A stretch of 26,121 nucleotides of DNA from a virus (lineage: Duplodnaviria > Caudoviricetes), in IMG/VR virus record IMGVR_UViG_3300038393_003171, positions 1 to 26,121 of that record. One strand, written 5' to 3'. Both the position numbers and the translations under genes were made by a program. Under the pieces are notes generated by a model, which was not told where the DNA came from, did not search any database, and worked only from the letters and a program-made list of their open reading frames with translations. How positions within the stretch are numbered: position 1 is the first letter of the stretch; each line of letters opens with the position of its first letter. Of the stretch, positions 7,915 to 16,900 are shown one piece after another.

Positions 7915-8268
7915 ATGAATCTCACGCTGAATGCAGAGCCGCTGTATCTGCCAGAACTGCAGAACGGTCCGGCGCTCACGGTGCCTGCCACGGTTTCCTG
8001 GGCTGGCCCCACTGCCGCCACCATCGCCACGGCCAATTTGGTGCAGCAGCTCGCCGCCGCGCGATCTGGACGTAGGGGATGGTTCATCCAGAACTTCTCG
8101 ACAGTCGATATGTGGATTGACGACACAGCCGATCCTGTCGAAAACGCATGCATCTGCGTCGGTCCGGGCCAGGAGTACTGCTGCGCCCCCAATATGGTGA
8201 CCGGCGGCGTCCTCAAGATTAAATGCTCGCAGGCCGGCGCGAAGTTCGCCTTCCGGGAGGCTTACTGA
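7915..8268 (+). CDS. Small beta-sandwich phage protein (R.GWFIQN.S..DMWI motif)
   Basis: 117 aa; AGGT upstream; A..R....IQN.S....W....G.E pattern recalled from small phage structural proteins. Confidence 0.7.
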   Translation: MNLTLNAEPLYLPELQNGPALTVPATVSWAGPTAATIATANLVQQLAAARSGRRGWFIQNFSTVDMWIDDTADPVENACICVGPGQEYCCAPNMVTGGVLKIKCSQAGAKFAFREAY

Positions 8269-8269
8269 C

Positions 8270-8851
8270 ATGCCGTCCTCCCTTGGTAGCTTCCGCGGCA
8301 CTGAGCGTGGCCGCTTTTGGCAGGTGTTCGGCCTGAATGCGCCGGCCGGGCAAACGGCAGCGCCTGGCAATGCCGTCATGAATTTTCTCAACGGCTGCAC
8401 CTACACCCTGCCTGCCGGATCAGCTGAGGTCGGCGGCCAGTTGCGCATCTGGGTCGCTGGCCGAAAGGGCAACAACAACGCCACCGATGTTGTTGGCCTG
8501 GGGCTGCGCTGCGGGACCACTGGTACTTCCACCGATCCATTCCTTGCCTCCTTCGGCACGGTGAATACGTCGCGCCTTGATCTCACCGACACCTCGCGCT
8601 CGTTCGCGTTCGCCACGCGCTGGCGCTTCGACACCGCAACGCTCATCCGCCGCATGGGTGCGGTGTCAGGCATTGCAAGCGAGTCGGCCCAGGTCGGCAC
8701 GCAAGTAGCCGCCGGCACCACCGACACGATCCCCAACATCAATACAGCCAACATCACTTTCCGGCTTTACGGCGCGCTGAGTGTAGGCACGGCCGAATGG
8801 ATCGTGGTCGACGAATTCGCCATTGAAGTAATCGAACCCTTCCGCCCCTGA
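8270..8851 (+). CDS. Hypothetical beta-rich (jelly-roll-like) phage protein
   Basis: 193 aa; TYTLPAG...GGQLRIWVAG motif; 1-nt spacing to both neighbours. Confidence 0.7.
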   Translation: MPSSLGSFRGTERGRFWQVFGLNAPAGQTAAPGNAVMNFLNGCTYTLPAGSAEVGGQLRIWVAGRKGNNNATDVVGLGLRCGTTGTSTDPFLASFGTVNTSRLDLTDTSRSFAFATRWRFDTATLIRRMGAVSGIASESAQVGTQVAAGTTDTIPNINTANITFRLYGALSVGTAEWIVVDEFAIEVIEPFRP

Positions 8852-8852
8852 A

Positions 8853-11354
8853 ATGCCTACGACCTCCTATAAGTGGTTCCCCGGCCACTACGTTTTGATC
8901 TACGGAGGCAAGGCAGACCCGGACGGTGGCCTGGGCAGGCTGCTCGATCAGCTTGATGCGTTTCCAAATCTCATTGGCGTTCAAAAGCGGTACGCATGGA
9001 AAGACATCGAGAACACCAAGGACAACTACTATGGTGCTGACGGCAATGGAGGCATCAAGGAAATCCTTCGTGATCTCGAAACTTGCAAAGCCCACGGCAA
9101 GTATTTGAGGCCATTCATCACATTCAAAGGCTTCAATGGCGGGCGAGGCGCTCCGAATTACCTGCGCCCTGGGCAGGCTGGATATGAGGCTGGTTTTGGT
9201 GATGGCGTCTATAACTGGCCGACAGGTACGACGCGCAACGAGCATCCCTGCCTATGGCTTCCGGCCATCAAGGCCCGCTTCATCAAGCTTTTCCAAGTGC
9301 TCGGCCAGCAACTCGACAGCAAGGGATACCCCGCAACGGACCCTCGCTGGTGGCTGTCGATGGTTGACGTCAACGAGACGTCATGGGGGACAGTTCCGGC
9401 CGGCACCGGCACCGATACAGCAGTAGCACGGCAAAAGCTGATGCTTCAGGCGTTCAAGGAGATGTACGCCGCGTGGAAAGCGGCTGCGCCCACAACGCTG
9501 CTATGTCACTTCCTGAACTATCCCAACAACGCAACGTTCAGCGTCCTAAACGGCACACCTGACGCACCAACTATCGGCTTGCCAGCCGCTATGCAGTCCA
9601 TAGGGTGCATTGCCATCGGTGGCCCTGATAACTGGCTAGGAGACGACGACCTCGTAGGAACTGCCACGCGGCCTGGCGTGCTCAAGCACTACGACAACCT
9701 TCGCGGCCTGCTGCCGATCAGCCCTTCCAACCAAGAAGCCGACTACGAGTACAAGTCAGCCAAGGACCAGCGGGCCGACGATGACAGCGAAGGCGGCACA
9801 GATACCAGCGTCAACAACATCACGATCCAGGCGCTGTACGACCGTGCGACCACCAAATCTGTCATCTACCCGCCGCCGCCTGCCTCCGGAGGTGTTGAGC
9901 GCTTCCCAAGCCACGGCACTCACATCACCTGGGCAGCACGCACAGAGGAGATAGGCACTTTCGGTCGCAACCCATGGAACGAGGTCAAGGACTTCTTCTC
10001 CAAGCTGTGGAATACCCCCGGCACTCCTGAGTACCGCAACAAGACTCCTGGCATTGACGCCACGCCTGAAGGCATTCCGCTTCTGATCCAAGACTCGGCT
10101 CCACCCACGCCAACGGGGATCTCGGTCGTACTGACCAGCGACACGGGCGAGCTCAACAACGACAAGATCACCAATAACGCTGCTGTCAGTGTTATTGGAG
10201 CTGCTGTCACGGCGACCATCGAGTACTCCACACTGACAGTTGGACCGTGGAGCACGACCAGGCCGGCAGCTGTGGAAGGCAAAAACACCCTCTACGTGCG
10301 CCAGCGCGTCAGCGGTGTGCCAAGCGATGCCAGCGACCCACTGGAATTCACACTCGACACCACCAAGCCCACGGTGCTGCGCACCACAGTAGACGCTGAG
10401 CTGGTGAGGGTGACTTTCACAGATGCGCTGCCTCTGTCGGAGGTTGATCCGTTTCGGGCAGACAAATCGTGCTTCCGGGTCACCATCAATGGTGTGGCTG
10501 CAAACGTCTTCGGACGCTTCGTCAGTGGACCGCTCAAGTACTACAGGCTTGAAATGACACCCGCTGCCGTGGCCGGCGACGTGGTTAAGGTCAGCTACAC
10601 CCAGCCGACCACCGGTACAGCGCGCATACAGGACTCGGCCGGCAACTATGCCGACAACTTCACTGACCTGCTGTGCAACAACGTCACAGGCTTGCCCAAC
10701 CCGACCACAACGGCGACGGTGACCAAGATCGGGGGCGTTGCGCCAGGCGGGTACACCCCGCAGGACGCGGTGCTAATCGAAGGCACGCTGAGTGCGCCAC
10801 TGGCCGGTTACGAAGAACTGGAAGTCCGCAAGAAATCCACGGCAGTCAACGAGGCTGGCGAAACCGTTGATGTGTGGGTGCTGCTGGGTGCGGCAACGGT
10901 CACAGGCACCACTTGGACCTTTCAAGAGGGCCACCGCAACGATGGCACCTACACATGGACGGCGCGTGTGCGAAACGGCGAGAAGCTCGGTGCGTATGCA
11001 CCGGACGCAACCATCACCATCGACACCGATCCACCGAACCCGCCATACATCGCCAACGCTGCATACCGCGTGGGATCGCCGTTCGTTGTCACGGGTAACT
11101 GGAGTGGGGCGTCCGACGAAACCTTGAAGGTGGTGGTGGCCGGTACGACCTACACCAGTAGCAACGGCCTGGCCATCACTGGCGGCGCCTGGAGCTTGTC
11201 ACTGCCATCCAAGCCGGTGGGGCGCTACAACGTGACCGCCACCGTCACCGACCTGGCCGGCAACGCGACCAGCAACGACGATCCTGGGTTCGTGGACGTG
11301 TATCCGCTGCCGTCCATAAACGAACTGCGCTTGGCATTCGCCAAGCGCGCGTAG
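8853..11354 (+). CDS. Multidomain protein: putative clan-A-like glycoside hydrolase TIM barrel, Ig-like domains and a SwmB-type repeat
   Basis: 833 aa. First ~400 aa: KWFPGHY, GVQKRYAWKDIE, P.YL, LW...KARF..L...LG...D, and VNET (candidate acid/base NE). Then SDTGELNNDKITN...EGKNTLYVRQ...FTLDTTKP (Big-type), GDVVKVSYTQP....IQDSAGN (SwmB-type), and DGTYTWTARV and GRYNVTATVTDLAGN (Ig-like). No signal peptide. Confidence 0.75.
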   Translation: MPTTSYKWFPGHYVLIYGGKADPDGGLGRLLDQLDAFPNLIGVQKRYAWKDIENTKDNYYGADGNGGIKEILRDLETCKAHGKYLRPFITFKGFNGGRGAPNYLRPGQAGYEAGFGDGVYNWPTGTTRNEHPCLWLPAIKARFIKLFQVLGQQLDSKGYPATDPRWWLSMVDVNETSWGTVPAGTGTDTAVARQKLMLQAFKEMYAAWKAAAPTTLLCHFLNYPNNATFSVLNGTPDAPTIGLPAAMQSIGCIAIGGPDNWLGDDDLVGTATRPGVLKHYDNLRGLLPISPSNQEADYEYKSAKDQRADDDSEGGTDTSVNNITIQALYDRATTKSVIYPPPPASGGVERFPSHGTHITWAARTEEIGTFGRNPWNEVKDFFSKLWNTPGTPEYRNKTPGIDATPEGIPLLIQDSAPPTPTGISVVLTSDTGELNNDKITNNAAVSVIGAAVTATIEYSTLTVGPWSTTRPAAVEGKNTLYVRQRVSGVPSDASDPLEFTLDTTKPTVLRTTVDAELVRVTFTDALPLSEVDPFRADKSCFRVTINGVAANVFGRFVSGPLKYYRLEMTPAAVAGDVVKVSYTQPTTGTARIQDSAGNYADNFTDLLCNNVTGLPNPTTTATVTKIGGVAPGGYTPQDAVLIEGTLSAPLAGYEELEVRKKSTAVNEAGETVDVWVLLGAATVTGTTWTFQEGHRNDGTYTWTARVRNGEKLGAYAPDATITIDTDPPNPPYIANAAYRVGSPFVVTGNWSGASDETLKVVVAGTTYTSSNGLAITGGAWSLSLPSKPVGRYNVTATVTDLAGNATSNDDPGFVDVYPLPSINELRLAFAKRA

Positions 11355-11358
11355 GGGG

Positions 11359-11928
11359 ATGGCCATGGAGTTCAACTTCAGCTTCGACTTCGCCTCCGCG
11401 CGGCGCCGTCTGGAGGACATCCAGTCGGCGATGGAAAGCGCCACGCGCCCGGCCGCGCACCAGGGCGCGCTGGTGCTCTACAACGAGGTGAGGGCGCGCG
11501 TGGCCGCGCTGCCCGAGAGCGTCACTGGCAACCTGCTGAAAAGCATCTACCGGCAGTTCGCCGAGGGCGAAAGCTTCCCAGCGGTCAGCAAGTCACCGCG
11601 CTACCCGCGGGCAACCTATGTGGTTTCGTGGAACTGGCGGGATGCACCGCACGGCTGGCTGGTCGAGAACGGCCATATCCAGTGGTACGTGGTGCGCAAG
11701 GGCAGTAAGGGCTGGTTCACCGTGAAGCGCCCAGGCGTGGAGGGGCCGCCCCCGCCGCGCGACGCCTCCAAGGCGGTGAAGGACGCCTACTGGCTGCCAT
11801 GGGAGAACGGTCCGCGCTGGGTTGAGCCGTCGCCCTTCCTGCGCCCCGCCTGGGATGCCAAAAAGCACCAGGCCCTGATGGCTGCACAGGCGACCTTCTT
11901 CAAGCGCGTGATGGAGATGCTGCAGTGA
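11359..11928 (+). CDS. HK97 gp10-like tail/neck component (alternative start 11365)
   Basis: TGNLLKSIY...APHGWLVENGH...PSPFLRPAWD motif; lies before the tail terminator. Confidence 0.85.
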   Translation: MAMEFNFSFDFASARRRLEDIQSAMESATRPAAHQGALVLYNEVRARVAALPESVTGNLLKSIYRQFAEGESFPAVSKSPRYPRATYVVSWNWRDAPHGWLVENGHIQWYVVRKGSKGWFTVKRPGVEGPPPPRDASKAVKDAYWLPWENGPRWVEPSPFLRPAWDAKKHQALMAAQATFFKRVMEMLQ

Positions 11929-12281
11929 TCCGCGAGAAGCTATTCGCGGCGCTGGTGCCGCTGGTGCCAGATGAGCGTGTTTTCCCAGGCGGTGCGCCGC
12001 TGGATACGCCGCGCCCGTACATCACCTATCGCCAGGTAGGCGGTGAGGCTGTGGACTTCATCGACAAGGCCACCCCCTCTAAGCGCAATGCGCGTGTGCA
12101 GGTGAACGTTTGGTCCGATGACGGCGACGAGGCCACGGCGCTGATCTATGCCGTGGAGGACGCGCTGCGCGCGGTGCCCGGCCTGCAGACCACACCCCTG
12201 GGGGCGCACTTCGACCGCGACGAGCCGGACCTAAACCTGTACGGCCGGCAGCAGGACTTCAGCGTCTGGGCTGACAGGTAG
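11925..12281 (+). CDS. Tail terminator / completion protein (DUF3168-like)
   Basis: RVFPGGAP..TPRPYITYRQVGG...RVQVNVW...DF.VW; GTGA overlap with the upstream gene. Confidence 0.88.
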   Translation: MIREKLFAALVPLVPDERVFPGGAPLDTPRPYITYRQVGGEAVDFIDKATPSKRNARVQVNVWSDDGDEATALIYAVEDALRAVPGLQTTPLGAHFDRDEPDLNLYGRQQDFSVWADR

Positions 12282-12305
12282 CCCGCGCAACTAGCAACCG
12301 AAACG

Positions 12306-12333
12306 AGCCCGCCAATCGGCGGGCTTTTTCTTT
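12306..12333 (+). terminator. Rho-independent terminator-like hairpin
   Basis: AGCCCGCC-AATC-GGCGGGCT followed by TTTTCTTT. Confidence 0.75.
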
Positions 12334-12354
12334 GCGCCCGCAAGGGCATGGACC

Positions 12355-12378
12355 AGCGCCCCCTGCGGGCGCTTTTTT
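12355..12378 (+). terminator. Second terminator-like hairpin
   Basis: AGCGCCC-CCTGC-GGGCGCT followed by TTTTT. Confidence 0.6.
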
Positions 12379-12432
12379 GTGCCCGCACGGGCGAACACGA
12401 AAGGGCTGCAAAGCGGCCCGAAGGAAATCCAC

Positions 12433-13080
12433 ATGAGCTTTTCGCTGCCTGACGGCTCCAAGATCTACATTTCCGCGGGCCTCGGGGCGCCCATCACCGT
12501 CTCCGCGGCGTCCAACGCCAACCCGGCGGTGCTGACGGCCACCGCGCACGGCCAGTCCAACGGCGCCGAGTTCCTGTTCAACTCTGGCTGGGAAGAAGCC
12601 AACGACTCGGCCTACCGCGCCACTGCCGTGGCGACCAATACGCTGTCCGTCGAGGGGCTGGATACCTCCGACACGAACTGGTTCCAGGCGGGCTCTGGCA
12701 CGGGATCTATTCAGGTCATCACCGGTTGGACGGAAATTCAGCAGGTGACGGATATCAGCATGAACGGCGGCGACCCCAAGTACGCCACCGTTGGCTTGCT
12801 CTCCCGCCGCCGCGACATTTCGCTGCCCGCCGGCTTCAACGCCATGCAGGTGCAAATCACCATCGCTGATGACCCGCTGCTGGCGGGCCAGGTGGCGCTG
12901 TCGGCAGCCAACCGCACCATCGCCAAGCGCGTGTTCAAGGTGGCGATGGCCGGTAGCGGCCCGGCCTACTTCTACGGCAACGTGGCGTTCAACAACACGC
13001 CGATCATGCGCAAGGGCCAGGCGAACACGGTGCAAGCCACGATCAGCGTGCTGGGCCAGTTCACGCGCTACGCCTCCTGA
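12433..13080 (+). CDS. Major tail tube protein (Phage_tail_3-like)
   Basis: ATG 12433 after an AAGGA RBS (the track's 12379 start lies in the hairpin leader); 215 aa; SLPDGS...SNANPAV.TA.AHG...SGW...WTEIQQV.....GGDPKY...YFYG.V.FN.TP. Confidence 0.9.
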   Translation: MSFSLPDGSKIYISAGLGAPITVSAASNANPAVLTATAHGQSNGAEFLFNSGWEEANDSAYRATAVATNTLSVEGLDTSDTNWFQAGSGTGSIQVITGWTEIQQVTDISMNGGDPKYATVGLLSRRRDISLPAGFNAMQVQITIADDPLLAGQVALSAANRTIAKRVFKVAMAGSGPAYFYGNVAFNNTPIMRKGQANTVQATISVLGQFTRYAS

Positions 13081-13121
13081 TTTTCACGGGAGCAGGTCCG
13101 CTTGAGCAGCGGGCCTTTCAC

Positions 13122-13153
13122 AAGCCACGGGTCGCCCCCGTGGCTTTTTTTTT
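13122..13153 (+). terminator. Rho-independent terminator after the tail tube gene
   Basis: AAGCCACGGG-TCGCC-CCCGTGGCTT followed by a T run; preceded by a second hairpin at 13094-13116. Confidence 0.85.
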
Positions 13154-13175
13154 GACTTCGCAACGACTACACATC

Positions 13176-13667
13176 ATGGCAAAGCTCTCCCTCACCACCC
13201 GTCCCGGCCCATTCACCAAGACCGTAAAGGTGCCAACGCCCAGCGGTGAACCGCTGGACCTGACCGTCACCTTTGTGTACCGGACCCGCACTGAGCTGGC
13301 GAAGTACAACGACGAGTACATGGAGCGCTCTCGCGCGCGTACTCAGGCCATCCTCGACAAGGCCCGCGAGGATGCGGATGCCGCTGTGAAGGCGGCACAG
13401 GAAAAGGCAAAGGAAGCCGAGGAATCCGGCGGCACGGTGTCGGTCATCGACATTCCGCAGATCAAGCCCATGTCGGACTTTTCCATGGCCGAGGCGTTCA
13501 ACGTGGCCGGCGCGGAGTACGTCACCGCAGTGCTGGAGGGCTGGGACCTGGAAGTCGAACTGAACCTGGCAAACGCGCAGAAGCTGTGTGACCTGTACCC
13601 CGGCGCCGTGCAGGCGATTGCCGAGGTCTACAACAAGTCCCTTAAGGACGGCCGCTCGGGAAACTGA
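13176..13667 (+). CDS. Tail assembly chaperone (lambda gpG analogue, Phage_TAC_4-like)
   Basis: ATG 13176, 163 aa; F...VKVPTP......TF.YRTR.E...GWDL..E....N...L...YPGA...I...Y; ends RSGN at a slippery site. Confidence 0.85.
   Translation: MAKLSLTTRPGPFTKTVKVPTPSGEPLDLTVTFVYRTRTELAKYNDEYMERSRARTQAILDKAREDADAAVKAAQEKAKEAEESGGTVSVIDIPQIKPMSDFSMAEAFNVAGAEYVTAVLEGWDLEVELNLANAQKLCDLYPGAVQAIAEVYNKSLKDGRSGN
13658..13664 (+). other. Programmed -1 ribosomal frameshift site G GGA AAC
   Basis: X XXY YYZ heptamer in the correct phase just before TGA; the -1 frame is open (GKLKAVARALHAKPM...) and in frame with ORF 13700..13981. Confidence 0.88.
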
Positions 13668-13699
13668 AGGCCGTTGCCCGCGCGCTGCACGCGAAGCCC

Positions 13700-13981
13700 A
13701 TGAATGAGGCGGAACTGGCCGCCTGGGGCTTCAAGTCGCATGAAGTGCAACGCTCATTCCCCGAGATATGGGCGGAAAACTGGCCTGCCGTGCGCCTGTT
13801 TATCAGGGTCGGCAGCCAGTGGCGCGCGGGCATGGGCGGCCCATACGCACTCGATCACACCACCGTGCTGCTGCACATGCAGCGCATGGACCTCACGGAC
13901 GATGAGCACGAGCAGCTCTTGGATGACATATCCGAGATGGAGCATGCCGCGCTCGAAGCCATGAGCGAGCAGAAGGAATAA
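13700..13981 (+). CDS. gpT-analogue tail chaperone C-terminal segment (DUF1799-like), probably made as a frameshift fusion
   Basis: EIWAENWPAVRLF....SQWRAGMGG..ALDH...MEHAAL; lies between the chaperone and the tape measure. Confidence 0.85.
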   Translation: MNEAELAAWGFKSHEVQRSFPEIWAENWPAVRLFIRVGSQWRAGMGGPYALDHTTVLLHMQRMDLTDDEHEQLLDDISEMEHAALEAMSEQKE

Positions 13982-13983
13982 CC

Positions 13984-16900
13984 ATGGCAGGTGAGCAGGG
14001 CGGCGCAAGCGGCGGTGTCTCGGGGGGCACCCATGCCGAGTTGGGCATTGGCGTCAACACCACGCAGGGGGAGCAGGGGCTAGACCGCTTCGACCGCCGG
14101 CTGCAGGAGACGGCGACGAGGGCGCGCGAGTCCGGCGCCGCCGCCTCGCGCGGCTTCGCGCAGTTCGGCCCGGCCGTGGAGCAGGCGGCCAAGCAGGCCG
14201 ACGCCGCCACCAAGCGGGCCATGAGCCAACTGCAGCGGCAGATCGCTGAGTACCAGGCGCAGATCAACAACATCTCGCGCACTGAGGCGATTGCGCCGTT
14301 CCGCGGCTTCGACACGAACAACGCAGCGTTTCAGGCGCTGGCGCAGCAACTGCGCGAGGTGCGGGCGGAAGCGGAGCGCGTGGCTCGCACCAATACCTTC
14401 ACCGAGGGCCTGGACCGGCAGATCGAGCAGACCCAGCGCAAGCTGCTGCAGTTGCAGCAGCAGTTCGCGGCTGTTGGGGGCGACCGTGTGGCACTGGCGG
14501 CCACGGCACTGGATGCCACCGCCGTGGCCGCCGGCCGGGCCGCGGCCGAGATGCAGCACCTGGCTGCTGCTCAGGCCGGCGCCGGCCATGCGGCTGACGC
14601 GCAGATCGCGCAATTGCAGCGCCTCGTCGCCATGCAGACGCAGGCCGCCTCCGCGCTGTCGCGGCAGCAGGAAATCAACGCCTTCACGAAGGCCGTGGAG
14701 GGAGAGGCTGCGGCGCTGCAGCGCACGCATGCGCAGATGCTGGAACTGCGTGCCGCCGAGCTGGGGCTGACGCAGCAGCTCGGCCCGCTGATCGCCAAGA
14801 TCAAGGAAGCCGAGCAAGGCTTCACTGGCATGGGCAAGGCGCAGAAGCTGGCGCACCAGCAGATGGCGCTCATCGGCCCGCAGATGACCGACATCATCAC
14901 GCAGCTCCAGGGCGGGCAGGCGCCGCTGACTATCCTGATACAGCAGGGCGGCCAGCTCGCGGACGTGTTCGGAGGTGTCGGCAAGGCGATCAAGGGCGTT
15001 GGCCAGTTCCTGCTGGCGCAACTCACGAACCCTGTGGTGCTGCTGTCGGGCGCCATCATCGGCCTGGGTGCCGCCTACCTGAAGGGTGCAGAGGAAAGCG
15101 CTGCCTTTGCGCGATCCATCACGCTCACGGGCAATGCCGCTGGCATTACCGAGGGGCAGTTCAACGCCATGGCCCGCTCCATCGCGGAGTCCACGAATAC
15201 CACCATCGGCAGCGCGCGCAGCACGCTGCAGACGCTGGTGAGCAGCGGGCAGTTGAGCGGCGATGCGCTGACCAAGGCCGCCACGGCCACCCAGCTACTG
15301 AGCAAGGTCACCGGCGAGTCCGCTGACACCATCGCCAAGCGGTTTGCCGACGCTGCCGACAGCCCGTCCAAGTTCGCCGCGGAGCTCAACAAGCAATACC
15401 ACATCCTTTCTGCCGCGCAGCAGAAGCAGATCAAGGAGCTTGAGGACCAGGGGCGCACGCAGGAGGCGCTGACCAAGACTTTCGACGCGCTCAACGAGCG
15501 GCTGGATAAGGCCGCCAAGAACATGAGCTATGTCGAGCATGCGTGGGAAGCCCTGAAGGTGGCGGCCAGCAAGCCCATCGACTTCATCATCAATTGGGGC
15601 CGCAACGGCACGATTGAGGATGCGCTGTCGGATGCGCAGCGGCGGCTGGATGAACTACGCAGCCCCACGCCGTTCAAGAACGGCACGCTGAAGGAGGCCC
15701 TTGACTACACGATGGCCCAGGCCACGGGCCAAGGCGACAAGTTCGTGCAGGGTGCCATCGCCGCACAGCAGGCGCTTGTGGACAGGCTTCATGAAACGGT
15801 CAAGCTGGGGCAGTCGGTCGCGCAAAGCTCTGCGGATCGTGTCAAAAGCGAGAACGCCATCGCTGCCGCTCTTGATGCACAGAACACCTACAAGGGCAAG
15901 CAGGCTCAACTGGACAAGGCCCTTGGCGACTACTACACGAAGATCAACGCCGCCCTGATCGCTCCTACCATCACGGAAGAACTGCGCAACCAAATCCTCG
16001 CCAGCATCCCGAAGGACGTTGCCGAAATCCGCGAGAAGTTCAAGGAGAACAAGGGCAGCAACGCCGGCTTCAACGCTGAAAACCGCGCCGAGGTTGAGAC
16101 GGTACGGCAGGCCGAGCAGATCAAGCTGGAGATCATCAAGCAGGCGCAGGACGCGGCTGCGGCGCTGCGTCAGATGAACCATATGTCCGAGACGGACGCG
16201 ATTCAGGAGCAGATGCGCCTGGACCTGCAGGCCATGCAGGTGCGCCGCGACTCGCTGCTGCAGCAAGCGGCCATCGTCAAGAACAAGGAGAACAGCCAGG
16301 GGGAGGCCCGCAATCTGGAGCGCCAGGCCGCGGTTATCGAGGAACAGATGACCACGCGCCGGCTCAAGGGTGAGAAAGAGCTGGCCGTAGTGCGTGAGCG
16401 GCTGGTGCAGTTGGGCAAGGACAACGCTGCCCAGCAATTCGCAGATGCGCTGAAGGAAGAAACAGAGGCTGCGACAAAAGCGGCTGATAGCCGGCGCGAG
16501 TACCTGAACACTCTTTACGATCAGCGGGACGCACTGGCCGACGAGCAGAAGCTGCTTGACCTTGAGATTTCGATGCTGGGCCGCTCCGACGAGGAGCGCC
16601 GCACCGCCGTCGAAACGCTGAAGATCCAGCTCAAGCTGGAGAAGGACCTGCAGGAACTGCGGCGTGGCGACAAGTACAGCCCCGAGGCTGAGAAGCAGCT
16701 TGAGGCCAACGCCGCCAAGCAGATCGCGCAGGTGCAGCAGAAGGTGTATCTGGACGAGTGGAAAAAGACCTCTGACCAGATCGAGCAGGCACTGATGAAC
16801 GCGCTGATGAACGGCGGCAAGAGCGGTGCCGACTACATCCGCGGCCTGTTCCGCAGCATGGTGCTGCAGCCCGTCCTCAAGGCCATCGTGCAGCCCGTCG

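Noticed and set aside
12379-12432. Upstream GTG start for the tail tube gene; likewise the track starts at 13140, 21959, 22993, 23474, 24338 and 24961
   Set aside because: These lie in hairpins or overlap upstream genes; the downstream starts have better RBS or spacing and family-like N-termini.
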